Assembly: GCA_036172245.1 (NCBI GenBank) | Contig: JAYWIR010000011.1 | Span: 3,720,001 to 3,784,000, forward strand | Origin: Raillietiella orientalis | Taxonomy: Eukaryota | Reading direction: 5' to 3' | Length of the DNA stretch: 64,000 nt | Part shown: positions 1 to 13,330 of the stretch, in pieces | Layout of the letters: each line of letters starts with the position of its first letter | How positions within the stretch are numbered: the stretch's first letter is position 1 | Made by a program: the position numbers and the translations under genes | Notes under the pieces: generated by a model | Seen by the model: only the letters and a program-made list of their open reading frames with translations | Databases searched by the model: none | Told to the model about the DNA's origin: nothing

Positions 1-531
1 GTTGGTATAGTAGGTAATTTGGGCAGTAGTGTCTTCGGATCTGTGGTTCCCAGTCTGAAGCATCGATTCTCAAGATGGCAGCATTTCATGATAAGAAGAA
101 AAGAACCGGCAATGCATTCTTTTTTTCCTGGAGAGAAACTTACATGGTTCTTTTCTCTATCTTTCAGATGATGCTGTGAGAAATAGCCATAGGATTGTGA
201 AAGCACTGGACTCTCACGTGATGCACCACGATACGGAGGGCCCGCATGAATCTGAAATTTTGCAGCAGCGATATGCTAACACCAAGGTGAAGACGACTAA
301 ACCTTAGCTTTCGACGAAAGTTGAAGATCTCGAACTGAAGTTGCAGATCAGTTGTTTTTCATCACTTCCCGGCATTTTGACAAAGATCAAAGTGGAAAAG
401 AATGCCGCAGGATGGGAGTTGGTGTCGTCAACAAGACTGTGCCTCAGTCCGATTCCAGCCCGAGACCGGATCCGCTGTTGTAGGAGGCGAATCGTGTATT
501 TACCCTCAGAGTCTCCTATTTCTTCGAAAAT

Positions 532-1399
532 AACGGTTCCAGTGGATTCACCAATCCGCACTGCCTTTTTGTTTTCCTTTTCGAAGGAATAGCGCGACCA
601 GGTAAAAACGTGCTGCCAGTTCTCGGTGCTGGCTCCTTGCGCCTTGCCACTTCTGGAGCAACAACTACAGATTCGCAGGGCAGGCAACGATCAGTGAGAT
701 ACCCCTCTCGTCTCCGTAGAGCACCAGATCTAGACGCAAATTGGAATCCGTCACCGTAGTAGGTTGATTTCTGGGTCATCGGCCTGCTTTTCTCCGTTAT
801 CGAGTTCGAGTTGCCTCCGGGCTGGCTGAGGAAGCGCGTGAGAGATTTCTTTCCCGTCGTTCAATCTCTGCGCACACCATCGGTGCCGTCTTTGGTGAAT
901 TGGTGCAGTTAGTAGATGGAGCTACGCCCCTTGGATCAATCGGCAGTTCCCAAATCCTCAGTGACCTCTATTAAACATCGAATGTGCAGACACGGGGTGC
1001 TCCCCGACCAGGAGCGTGATCTTCCGCTGGTCAGAAACTCGCTGGTGGGAGCACGACTTTTTCAGACTGGGAATGATCGTCTTTCTTTGTTGCCAACGAC
1101 CCACCGGTGCCCAAGAGCGTTTTGTCTTCTTCCTCTGACGTTCAACACTGAAAATTTAGCAGACACTCAACACTTTTGATCCCGGTATAATCCCCCTATC
1201 CATCCACCAACAAGGACTGCATTCCTCTTGTCTCTCTATCTGATATTAACTCGGTTAGAAGGAAAACTAGCCACCACAGCATGCATCCTAAGGTCACACA
1301 GACATATTTTACTCACCTAGTAGGAGGAAGGTGGACTCGAAGGCAGACACCTTCGGCAACAAGGAGAGAGTCGAGTGTTTGCGGAAGCACAGTCCCATT
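532..1399. repeat. Left arm of a long inverted repeat (868 bp)
   Basis: Reverse complement of 1966-2833; paired coordinates sum to 3365 (identical ORFs 916..1179+ and 2186..2449-; shared N-termini of 516..779- and 2586..2918+). Core ~559-1392 looks identical by eye, with a few mismatches only at the ends. Confidence 0.97.
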
Positions 1400-1965
1400 C
1401 ATCCTTCATTTTACTTGGTAGTAATGAGAAAGATGGCTGGAGAACTATTTTAAATCCGTGAATTTTGAAATTACGTCTCTATATATTCCTCTGAGTTTGA
1501 TTTTTGTAAAACGGAAAGAGTAAGGTATCTCCCTGTGCTCCTGGAATGTTGCTCTAAGTGGAGTCCTATAAACGTTTCGGCTGATACGTTCGAGGAAGCT
1601 ATAAGTGTTCAAATCAAACCTAACAGCATGAAACAGTGTTAAACAAATTATTCAATTATTTGCAGCTGCTACCACCCAATTTGCAAACAGCTCCAGATGA
1701 ACCGCTGTACATACATTCAGACTGCTCATCTGAATGCTATTGCAGCAGTTAAGCACACATTAGGTACATGTGCATGCCTGGATGAATGTCTTTTTAGGGA
1801 AGATGTTGATAAAATAGCAAACCAAATTGCCATTTTTAGGAGCTATTTAATTTTTTTTTCTGAATGAAATTCGAATCAAGATGTCAGAATATGGCACAGA
1901 TGTTTCATCACTGTAAAGACACTAAGATCTAGAAATGATTCTGCGAACATGGCCCTTTGCTATGC

Positions 1966-2833
1966 AATGGGGCTGTGCTTCCGCAAACACTCGACTCTCT
2001 CCTTGTTGCCGAAGGTGTCTGCCTTCGAGTCCACCTTCCTCCTACTAGGTGAGTAAAATATGTCTGTGTGACCTTAGGATGCATGCTGTGGTGGCTAGTT
2101 TTCCTTCTAACCGAGTTAATATCAGATAGAGAGACAAGAGGAATGCAGTCCTTGTTGGTGGATGGATAGGGGGATTATACCGGGATCAAAAGTGTTGAGT
2201 GTCTGCTAAATTTTCAGTGTTGAACGTCAGAGGAAGAAGACAAAACGCTCTTGGGCACCGGTGGGTCGTTGGCAACAAAGAAAGACGATCATTCCCAGTC
2301 TGAAAAAGTCGTGCTCCCACCAGCGAGTTTCTGACCAGCGGAAGATCACGCTCCTGGTCGGGGAGCACCCCGTGTCTGCACATTCGATGTTTAATAGAGG
2401 TCACTGAGGATTTGGGAACTGCCGATTGATCCAAGGGGCGTAGCTCCATCTACTAACTGCACCAATTCACCAAAGACGGCACCGATGGTGTGCGCAGAGA
2501 TTGAACGACGGGAAAGAAATCTCTCACGCGCTTCCTCAGCCAGCCCGGAGGCAACTCGAACTCGATAACGGAGAAAAGCAGGCCGATGACCCAGAAATCA
2601 ACCTACTACGGTGACGGATTCCAATTTGCGTCTAGATCTGGTGCTCTACGGAGACGAGAGGGGTATCTCACTGATCGTTGCCTGCCCTGCGAATCTGTAG
2701 TTGTTGCTCCAGAAGTGGCAAGGCGCAAGGAGCCAGCACCGAGAACTGGCAGCACGTTTTTACCTGGTCGCGCTATTCCTTCGAAAAGGAAAACAAAAAG
2801 GCAGTGTGGATTCGTGAATCCATTGGAACCGTT
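1966..2833. repeat. Right arm of the long inverted repeat (spacer 1400-1965, 566 bp)
   Basis: Starts aatggggctgtgcttccgc (reverse complement of ~1381-1399, 1 mismatch) and ends ggaaccgtt (reverse complement of 532-540). Confidence 0.97.
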
Positions 2834-2939
2834 CGAAAATTTCAAGGGAGCAGGAACAACCGAAAAAGAAAACCGCCTATTCAGAGGTCGGCTGCAGAGA
2901 AGGGCAGGGAGGATGTAGGGAAGAAGACTGCATTAACGA

Positions 2940-3190
2940 ATAAATAAAAGAAGAGAAAAGTATAGGGAGCATCGGTCACACCCGCCGCGTCTTCTGGATG
3001 AGACGCAGGCGGCGTCTGTCTTGCCTATGCCATTCAAGAAAGACCACTTTGCCACGTTCCTCATGGGTGACGAATGAAAGCGTGTGGACTGCTTCCTTGC
3101 TGGAGTGTCTCTTCAGTGCATCGGACGACACGATCCTCCGGGCGCAACGCAGGATTCGGAAGCTGGGAGATGGCAAAGCAACACCGCAGG
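2940..3190 (-). mobile_element. Possible 3' end of a Tx1/L1-clade LINE (ORF2 C-terminus plus T-rich 3' UTR)
   Basis: Minus-strand SFRILRCARRIVSS..DALK resembles SLRIPECNPRDVSKCLFLRDALT of the copy at 33.85 kb; followed by a T-rich tract like the other copies. Confidence 0.35.
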
Positions 3191-3221
3191 TAGGTTGGCT
3201 GTTGGAATAGAAAGTGAAAGG

Positions 3222-3456
3222 ATGGGAGTGGAAGGCATAATGTTAGTAGGGGTGTTTTTTCTGGTGTTACCGGTTTGTGGTGTTCATTTATGGCTTCCAA
3301 TAGCTCATGTGGGATCTGTTTCTTATGGTTCCATAATTCCTGCTGAAGTTATGTTAAAGTTAGGTGGTTGTGGGTTAGTATGGTTATTCACGAAATATAG
3401 GTATGGGACTGCAAGGTTTTATTTGATAGGTGTAGGTATGGTGCTCTTTTGGAGTA
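3222..3456 (+). pseudogene. nad4: NUMT: fragment of mitochondrial NADH dehydrogenase subunit 4
   Basis: 3267-3377 reads LPVCGVHLWLPIAHVGSVSYGS(M)IPAEVMLKLGGCGL, matching the ND4 signature LPxYGVHLWLPKAHVEAPxxGSMILAGVxLKLGGYGL (ATA=Met in the invertebrate mitochondrial code). Abrupt G+T-rich strand skew against the flanks; conserved residues are mutated (K>I, L>P, G>E, Y>C). Confidence 0.88.
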
Positions 3457-3459
3457 TCA

Positions 3460-3900
3460 CCGGATCGAAGCAGGCCTGCCGCGAGGCGTTTCTGAAGGTC
3501 ACCGCGTCCCAGCAGCCGATGCGCGGAATTTCCCACTTCCCCGCAGCTGGCGCAGTTCGGGGAGACGCCTCTCCCCCTCGTCCAGCGAAGCCGGCGCTGA
3601 TCGCAAGGGAAGCCCCGGTGGACGAAGAGCGAAACCTCTTTGTGCTGCTGTCTGAGCGGCAGCTCGCAGATGTCCTCGAACGCAAAGGCCACGAAGGACT
3701 CCGAGGGTGGAATGCTAGGATGTTCCACCCGACGGAGCAGTCCTTTAGCCCGGTCGCTGGGTGTTCGCCGCCTCAACCAACTGGTCCGTCTTCCACCAGT
3801 TTCGCGCTCCTGCTGGAGAGCAAGAGATCCGCTCCCTGCAGGTTGGTAACTGGCACTTCCTTCCAGTTGGGAGTAAAGCTCTGCGGGTAGGGTCCGCATT
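3460..3900 (-). mobile_element. Decayed Tx1/L1-clade LINE ORF2 C-terminal zinc-finger (zf-RVT-like) region
   Basis: ORF 3384..3917- contains VHRGFPCDQRRLRWTRGRGVSPNCASCGEVGNSAHRLL, homologous to LHCGLPCNARRHHWTRGSASPNCARCVEKEIFPHLIVQC at 51.4 kb. Confidence 0.75.
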
Positions 3901-6900
3901 TTCTGCACCCTTTCCATTTCCTCCGGGGCGAACGCTTCCCCGGTTGTGGAGGAGACATATCCAGTCTATCCCGTCAGTACGCGTGATGCGTATCCTCTGC
4001 CTCTCGCCCCCTGTCCCTGTGGTGTGCTGGACGACAGGATGTTCACTAATGTTCTTCTCAGATGGCAGCCATAAGCTGCTAGGGGGAACTTAAGCGCCTT
4101 CGTGTGGTCTTGGTTGCGAGGTAGCAACGACGCTATTACCTCGCAACCTGCCTTGCGCTTCGAGGTTTTGCGAGCAGGAAGGCACCATTTCTTCCACAAA
4201 GGATTGTCCAATCTTTGTGAACAGTGGCCTCGAGATCCCTGGATTCATGGGACCTGGCAAAGAAAGAAGCAAGGGGAAACCGGAGGGGCACATCATGAGA
4301 AACGAATAGCGTGCTCAAACAAACAATAATTTGGAGACGTACCCCGAAAGCACATGCAGCACGACCGGCAGGGGTGACACTTCTTTCAAGGAGCCCAGCC
4401 TCAACTTGCGGAAGAAGCAAAAGTGCTTTGCGGATGTGAAGATCCCTCCAAAGTCGTTGACTGTACTTTCTCTTAGAACTCCCTGTAAATTATAAATGTG
4501 AATGGATGTCGAACACGTACTCACTGGATTGCGCATAAGGAAACTGCCTTGCCAGCTGCACAGAGCGACTAACAGAATACTTTTCTAGACTGTCGTTCCC
4601 TATTCCAACTCCACCTCTGATCTTCCTCTCGAGGCAAATTGCACTTCTTGCGTTCTGCTAAGTAGTGCCCAGCCATTCGTCTTTTGAGAAGGAATGGCGT
4701 TTAGAGGCTTACCTGTGCTACCAACTGCTCAGCCTCCACAAGTGACGCGGCGATGTGCATTCCAATCAACGAAACGAAGTGCTTCGGATTTGCAGATGTA
4801 TCGAATAATTCACGTGCCAAGTTCCGCTGCCTTCAAACCTTCAACCATCTTTCACAATAAAGTCAGCTCCGCAATCCACGGATTGCCTCAACAAACGAGA
4901 ACTCCTTTGAAGACAAACAGGCTTCAAATGCTATGAAAGTGTATAGCGTAAGAACGATTTTTCTATTGATTTCATTTACGAAATGGGGGAGAAGGCTCTT
5001 TGCTCACTCTTTCCAAGGTACTTTTCCTTTAAATCAAGTTTCGCGCGGAATAACCAGCAGCATTGGTTGGCTGTCCTCAACAAGATGGTTGCTCTTTTTC
5101 ACGAGTGAAAGGTCATTCTCGGAGGTATCTTCAGCGGCTGGGTAGATACGGAATTTCGCATCACGCATCCCTTCTGCAACCGCTTCCTATGCACAACGAA
5201 TCATGTGAAAATGCCATCAGCGAATGCGAATTGGAGCGAATCCTCTAAGAGGATGTCCGTGTCGATTTGCGAAGCAATGGAGAGGATTTTTGGGAACCAA
5301 GAAAAATTCGGATGGGATATTCCGTGCTCCTTGTCCTACTTTCCTTGCAAGGAGAAAAATTCCCTTCAAACGGATAGCATGCATCCAAATAATTGGTCCG
5401 ACAACTAATTAAAGATAAACAAAGGAAGAAAATGCTTGCAGCCCAAACAGTTCAGAACTCATTGCACTGCCCCGAGAGCTGGGAGGCTGAACCCAGGGTC
5501 TGCGAATCTATGCTACCTTAGTTTGAAACTTATTGTAAAAGCCGTTGCAGCTTATTACTGAGAGAGAAAGAAGACTCTAGTTACACCTCAGTGGCTGTTT
5601 GCAGCTCGTGGAAGAAAAGCACGGGAAGGAACTTATTAGAAGAGCGCAGAATACGAACCCTTGAAGTGGAAAGGGCAATTTGCTGTGAAAGCCCTATTTC
5701 CAGTGGAAAGAGTTAATGCAGCCTTGCGATGCTGTTTATGAGCTCGTGAGAGGTAGTGAAATATCCACGAAAGACGGTTATGCACTCACAACGAAGTGCG
5801 TCTCCTACTTGAGTGGAATTTGGCGATAGGTACGAGCATGCCAAACCTAACCAGGCAGGAAGCACAATGGATGTGTGAGAATGGTAGATGGCGGTAAACC
5901 ATGTGTCGGATCCTTCCAAAGTGGAAGACGCAAGGCACCTGGATGACCTCTCAGTTTGTGCTTTTGATCAGAAGATTCGGACTCGAACCTTCAACCAGGA
6001 AAGCTGAGCTTCTCGGAAGTTTCATACGATTAAGTGCTTGGAACATTCTCATCCAAGCAACTTTTTCACATTGGACGTTATGTGCCATTTTCCTGTCCTT
6101 GCTAACAGGATGCACGTGAAAGGTGTGAGTGGCAAACTCAGGTTTCATTTTTGGAAGGTGGGTTGGAGCAGCAGCTCGAGATAGCATCCACACCATCGGG
6201 CACCGTTTCCAATGGAACGAAGTGCTTTGCTTTTTTTATTGGTTTGTTCTATTGAATGTGAACAAAAACATGAAAATGCGTTGGAAGACTTTCGATAGCG
6301 AGGGCGGTTGTTTCGTCCTCACAATGCGGGGGTGGCTTGGAGGTAACACCAAAAGTCTCAGCAGATTATCTCTGGGGCATGCATCACCATCTGAGTTGAG
6401 AACGCATTCCCATTTTCCGCAAGTCGAAGATGCACAAAGACGTAAGGACACTGATGCTTTTGTTTATTACCATTCATGCAAAAAGGGAGGCTTTCATCAA
6501 ACTACTTTGCACCACCTTTGCATCCTTAGAATACTCTTTGACTCCTTCCGTAACTCTTTGGCTTTCCTCATTACAGGAGTGACCTGTCTTATGCTGCCAA
6601 CACGTGTCCCGTACTGAAGATTCGAGGACGACATTTCAGTGTATTACAGGAAATTCCTCAGAACCAAACCAACCTCACCGAAGGGAAGAGTTTCAGCAGC
6701 AGCGCCCGCAAAATTTCTCCTGTGTTCCGGAGTTGATTTTCCAGGAATAAGGAAGGAGTTCTAAAGAAGACGACCGGCGGTATTTGAAGCTAACATGTAT
6801 CTTTGAAGGAGCTGAGGTTAATCGAAACTGAGGTTAAAATGATGATAATCGTTAAACGTTTCGGAAATTGATCATTTCTAACCTCTGAAGCAAAGTTCGT

Positions 6901-9900
6901 TTGTAGTAATTAGAGGAAACTTCGCTGCATTCTCCCATAGGTGATGTTCAGTAATTATCCGTGCATCCTTTTCTGGGTCCCGTTTTTCTGCTGTTGGCGG
7001 ATTGTCATCCTGCCTGTCTGATGTCGATGAATTTTCAATTCGTTCATAAAGCTGCTTGAAAACTCCTGCTGGACAATGTCCCATTGTCCCACCTAGTGGA
7101 ACAAAGTCATCTTTAGATTGTGGGGTTCTTACCAGCAGGAGAATAAATGAGAAGGAGGGATCGTTCTCATTCATTGGTTCTCATTTATAGGATTGCCTGG
7201 GAGGCGATCCCAGTACCAATTTGTTTGGTGAAGAAACTGCCTGCGTTCTTGTGGTGGACTGCTTTATAGCTCCTCATCAGTTATGTCAGAATTATGCCAC
7301 GAAGTGTGGCTTCGAGTGCGAATCTAGGAGAGTTCTCACCAGCCAGCTTGCGTCTCCGTGAAACCCGTGTTTGGTACATCCATTAACTGGAGTACTACAC
7401 TGATAAGAACCGTCAAAACTTGACTTTCGAGCATCACTGATCACAAGAATCTTTTCATTAAGCCGCTCCACATTGCCTCAAATGCTTCTCAGCAGTTCAG
7501 TTCTGCATGGCGGTGCTTCAAGTTCATCAAGGGCTGCCGAACCAAACTGCAACCGTATAGGAAACCTTAGCTCCAGATTTACATTTTCCAAGAGAAATTT
7601 TGCATTGCCATTGGAAACACGTCAGGTGATTATACTGAAAGTGAATCCGAAGGGGTAGTGATTGCTGCGGTGCTTTTCGCTGGTAGAATGCGATCGGATC
7701 GGGAAAAGACATGGTGAGAAAGATAAGAAACATCCGATTTATGAAAGCAGGGAAAGCCAGAACGACTAAGGAAAAAAAAAAAACACATCGTGAAACGAGG
7801 ATTTTCAAGAGCATGGAAAACCGTGGATACAGAAACCCACCAAGGAAATAAATTTCCGGGTAGCTCTCTCCATTAACAGTTACACGTGAGTAAGAACGTG
7901 CCCGTGGATGAAGAGAGAGACACAGCTCTGTAGAGACGAAGAATTAGATTCGTTGCTACGGTAAGTGCATTAAGCATGCTCTTCAAAAAATGGTGTGAAA
8001 GCAACGAAAACATTTACTGCAGATCATGTTTCCGTTGCTATGGTGAAGATCGTTTCTTAATTGTGTACGATGGGTTTGCAGGAAAAAAATAAAGATTAGG
8101 GTAAATTAATAATCGACAGCATGTAGATCTCTTATCAATAGGAAGCCTTCATGGATAAGTAAAAAAAAAAAAAAGTAAATTAGAAAATCATGCAATTTTT
8201 AGTGGGAAGAATCCGAAACTCGGAATCACTCTCGAAATGGTAGCAAGGCAGGTGTTCCCAACACTCTGGATGAAACCAACGTTCCAGGACTTTTTCCCAG
8301 GTAGCCAGCAAAGCCAACTGCGTTTATTAATTGCGCCTACCATTTGATAGCGTGCATGCGAAAGATTCACATCGGCTCCATCGGATGGTTCTCCGAATCA
8401 AAATTTGCAACCAGCGTGCACCGACAGCAGCGGGGAGGACTTTCGTGGAATGCCTGTCCGCTCGGAGTCCACTGGCGATTCCGTCGTAAATGGTTGCAGC
8501 ATGGTAACCCGATGCGTCCGTTCCCTGTGCGGCTTATCCTGGACGCTCGGGTGTGGAATTTAGTGATTCCGTGATCAGACGCATCGAACACGCATCGCGC
8601 GCTTCCTGAAAATGAGTCCAACAGCTGACATGGAAATTGCGAACACCTGGCTGAGATTAATAAAGCACCGTTGCTTCGCTCGCATATTTGGTGTACGGCG
8701 CGGTGTCTTGCGGACTTCGGTACACGCCTCGATTCGCCTGCATGGAAGCTGCAACCCCCCAAACATCCTTCCTCTCGGCACGGACGATGCTGCCTTCCAC
8801 AGCCCTTGGGATGATACGAAGGGAGAAGCTAAGCAGACTCTTCCCGAAAAAGTTCTCCATTTGCATGGAATCGCATCCGTCGGCTTCCCGGATGACCGCG
8901 CAGAGTTCGCTTTCCCTCAGACGGTGGCGGTGTTCTTCCTTGATGTTTGGAAGTGATGGGCTCATGCGGGAAACGAAGCGCTCGCCAGGACGTGGAAGAG
9001 ACGGAAAGGACCACGGATCAGCAAACTGGGAGAACTCGAGACTCGTGGTTCCGGTTTCCTGCTTTTGCGTTCCCGCAGGATGTTACCTATGGAATTGACG
9101 CTTCCGATAACTAAGCTCTGGATCTTCCGCCTTAAATGCATTAATGTTTCCTCGTTTTCGTCTTGATGGGTGAAAACGACTCCTTCACACGTTGTGATTT
9201 TCCTGCAGGATTCGCTGCGGCATACTCTTCAGGACCATCACGAAACCGAGCGGAAGCCAGATAGTGAGCGAAGCGCGAGAGGATTTCCCTTAATCAGCTG
9301 TCACTTCGCTTGCGAGAGGCTGCTTCCCATCGAGTGAGCCTTCGTCTTCCCGGATATTTTTCCAGAAACACTCTGCTGCTGTCTCGCGAAAATAACGGCT
9401 CACCATTAAATCCATAAGTGCACATTTTGATTGCAACAGAAACTTCTCTTCCGTTGGCGCGACTCTAAATCTACAGCGAGCGTTTAGATGCCCGAGATGG
9501 CAGGTATTTATTCCGTCTGGAGACATCCAGAATGATTGCAATTCTGACCGTGTTTTTATTAAAATGGCTTGACGCCATTATAAGGAGCTCGGGCAAGTGC
9601 GATGAGACTTTAGCTGATGCCAATTGAATCATTACATAAACAAATGGATTATGAATTAGCATCTGTAATTGTGATTCCCTGTTTTCCTTGGAACCTACTC
9701 CAGATTGAATGTGACTTGTTTTTCGCACTTTATCATGGGAATGGGTTCCCGAAATGTGTTCTGCAAATGGAACCCACTCGGCGCCGCTTATCGAGCAAAT
9801 CTCACAGCCTCGCCTTCAATTCCTTCAGGAAGCTTCGATGGCGGTTCGGTTTCTTTTCCACCGAGCGAGGGGTCGGTTTGATCTAATCCTTTCACAGTAC

Positions 9901-12900
9901 CGTCGGATAATCTGTTGTTTGTACCAAAGCGTCCTGGATGAGTGCATCTGCGAGGACAGGCCACGAACCAGTCTCCAGCGAACAACCGTGACTTTAACTT
10001 CCATACGGGAAGGCTGCTGAAAAAGGCGCACTCGCTTAGAGTGCCGAGGGGATGCTGCAGATAGCCCTCCGGTTTCGCTCTTTGAATGCTACCTCATTTC
10101 TTCCACTAAGGAAATGATGCCACTGAATAAGAAGGCCCTTGCTGGTTTCGGAATTACGAACCCTGTGAGACTGTAATTGTCGAGTTGCTTCATGGTGTGA
10201 TGTGCATTCCGTTGCACCTTCGAGAAAAAAAAAGTCATCTGTACGCGCATTTGGCAGCTGTGAACGATGGAATCCTATCAGACCTTAGTGTCCATAACAC
10301 GCTGATATTTGGGAAGGGGAGACTGGCAGATGACACGCTGCTGGCAATGAAACGGAGGGTCTTCCCACCAAAGGTCGAAACTCTCGGCTTTCGTTGCCTA
10401 CCAGGAGGAAATCAGTCTCCACGATTCGCTCAATAAAATGTGGTAGCAGCTCGTTGCTACCACATACGATAATTACCATTACTTGGGAATCTTCGGGTAA
10501 TTACCACTGTACAGTCAAAGAAGGAGACGCCGAAGACAAAGGACGCTACGAGCTGCATCTGGTTTTTCATTTCAAGCCCTGAATTCTATTTCGACAAGCT
10601 GTCAAACTCATTCGCGCCATGCTTTTGACGTGATTGAAACTTCTGGGAGCCCTGTTGTGTAGGATGTGTGTGATCCAGAAGATTCTTCGTCGCACTCCAA
10701 TTTCCTGAACTATATTGCCTTTTTTTTTTTTTTTTTTGCTTCCAGTCGGATTTCGCTCGTCATGAGCTGAAGCTCGTCTGCTGCTTCTTTTGGCACGTTC
10801 ATTTCTGTACTTGTTTATTAAGCGAGCCAACTGAATTTAATGCAGCGATCGCGTGCAACGCAACTTCAAGAAGAGCTGCAAGAATCTTCCTTTAACGGAA
10901 GATACGTTTATTCACGAGAATGATGCATCTGAATTCGTGAAATTCGAATTCACAAAGGGAGAGTGAACTGAAAGTGAGGATGAGTGAGTGGAAGAGCACG
11001 CGTGCACGCGTGCATGGATCGACACGCATTCGGAGCATGTTCCAAAACTTCATCTCCAGACTCTGCACCACTTCAACTACAAGCAGAGCGCATCATTGTG
11101 TTGGAATCAGGTGCTTCCTAGCCACGGAGCAAGGAGCTTTACTTGAATTGCACCTTTGGAGGTGCATTGGAGAAGACGCAGCATTATGGCTTCCGTGCTC
11201 TTTCATAGACGCACAGGCTCAAGCAAGTTGTTTAGGGCATCTATCATCTCCTAGTGCTCAAGAAGTGAGGCTTGGAAACGAAGCGTGCTCCCACTTGAAC
11301 TTTTCTACCATTTCTACCATGTATGAAAACTGGACCTGGAAGAAAATCCACTACGCCCGGTGGAAGGCATTTTTGCCAACCCACTTGCTTAAAACAAATT
11401 CAGCTTCAAATTTGGATGCCTGGATATTATTGTTTGCCAGAGTCCATAGTGATCAAGATACCGGGAATTTCAGCAGTGGTTACCCAGGAATTCTTCTTTC
11501 TGGGACAGCTGCCATGCTGACAGTGATGCTGACAGCCGAGTTTGTAGGAGGGTGTGAAAGCAATCATAATGCATCACGCATGTGATGCGTCATCAGGTTC
11601 ATCTTCATCGGACGCAAAACCCAAATTCAGGATGCAGATGGCCATAAAAGTGCCTACAAGAGAAGGGAACAGACATGGGAAAGTTCCAGTGGGGACACTT
11701 CCCCAGAGATGCAACGAATATTTCCTCTTTTTCAAATTCTTCGCAAACACGCATCACACTTGGAGCAGAATCTTCCTGGCAACGAACAGATGAAGAAAAC
11801 CGAGATCCTGCGAAAAGAAATCCTTTAGGATTTTAAAACAAAACGGCATGATTTGCAAAAGAAATCGGCCGTTGGAATGAGGTCTGCGCAGATGCAAAAC
11901 TTCACCAAACACAAATTCTCATCCTAAACAATGTTCTGACTGTTCACTAGCGCTATAGCCATGTGTTAAAATTGAAATGTTCCGTTTTAATGAGGTCGCA
12001 ATAAATAGGAATTTTAGCAGAAAACCAACCGGACCATCTAAAAGACCGGAAACCCCCTGCAATCACTTCGCCATTACCGCGTGATGCAAAATCGACTCGA
12101 GAAGACCATGCTGCTACCATGCGGCCCGTTGCAAAGATCCGAAACATTGGCGGAATCTCCAGAAAAATGCAATTAATTTCTTCTTCGTCTTGTCGAGAAT
12201 TCGGGAAGATCTCTGCGTGTTCCGCGTGCCGCTGGAGAGTGAAAAACAAAAGGCATTAAGCCATTCATCTGGATGCAGCTCTATTCACAAGGATTATCGT
12301 GTGATTGCAGATGTTCTTTTGATGAGACGAGGCACATTCCTCGTTCTAATTGTGGGGAGCCAATCAGTCGGGCCCCAGGCTTTCTCGAAGCTCCGGGACG
12401 CGATGCTGCCTACCTTGTCACGCTTCGTGCTGTCATCCGCGACTGCATTCAGGAAACTTCACCCACGTAATCTCGGAAACAGGAGCCAACACCTGCAAAT
12501 GATAAAGGATTACTGGAAATTGCAGTCTACGCCGCCTCCGAGCTCCTGGAAACCATTTGTTACGGTCAACCCTTTCGTGTTTGTCAGGTTCTCTTGCTAC
12601 AACCATGGATGTGCCCGTGCAGGTGAAACAGATTCGGTCTACACAGAGCCACATCGAACCACGCAGCCGTGTGGTTCGATGAGATGAACTTTGCGCTCAG
12701 AGACACCTTTTCCTTTCTATGCCCTCGATCTGCTCATGATGAAGCTGTTTCTGAATCTCACGGCACATCTGAATACAGATGCCTGCAAGAGGGGGCATTG
12801 CGCGTGTCTTTTGCTGTGGTTTTCGCAGTCCAGCTCCGTGCTGGGCGAGCTGTTGGACCACATCGAGGTGACGTGCAGGGTGGCTGGAGATGATGTCCAG

Positions 12901-13129
12901 CAGCAACCAAGGCACACTCGAGTGTGGTAGTCGTTGCGACCTGGGTTCTCTAACAAGAGATGAGGGAAGCTGCAGCATCACACTCGACGAGTGCTGACCT
13001 TTCGGGACGGTCAAGAAGCAGCCTGGAAGCAAGGAGGGCTCTGTAAGGGCTGGAAATTTTTACAGGGCACGCGAGGCAGCTCTTATCGATTGAACGGAAG
13101 GACCACAGGGAATGAGGGGCAACAACGCC

Positions 13130-13330
13130 AACGTGGAACAGCAGCGGTTCCCAGCGGAAGGCTGGGATGTGGGAGGTGCACCTGGCCCACAAAGATCTCT
13201 CCTATTTAGACAAGGAGAACGCCCATAGCCTAACGGATGCATCGCGGCCCATCCTTTCGTCGACGACGGCGAAGCACCGTACATTTATTTATTCGTTTAT
13301 TCATTTTCATCCCCCACTGCCCTCTTGACT
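13130..13330 (+). mobile_element. Short 3' fragment of the same Tx1/L1-like LINE family
   Basis: gacaaggagaacgcccatagcctaacggatgca...tttcatccccc matches the reverse complement of 51000-51145 (gaagaaggagctcgccagcatccttcaacggatgca...ttcatccccc). Confidence 0.5.

Noticed and set aside
532..2833. Inverted repeat as TIRs of a DNA transposon or MITE
   Set aside because: Outer ends are ragged rather than sharp, with no TSD and no transposase; not excluded but unsupported.
3084..3890. 268-aa ORF as a real gene
   Set aside because: It is a chimera of antisense LINE sequence and the nad4 NUMT, with no coherent protein.
12697..12900. Ankyrin-like HLDVVQQLAQHGA on the - strand
   Set aside because: Only half a repeat, no TPLH motif and no neighbouring repeats.
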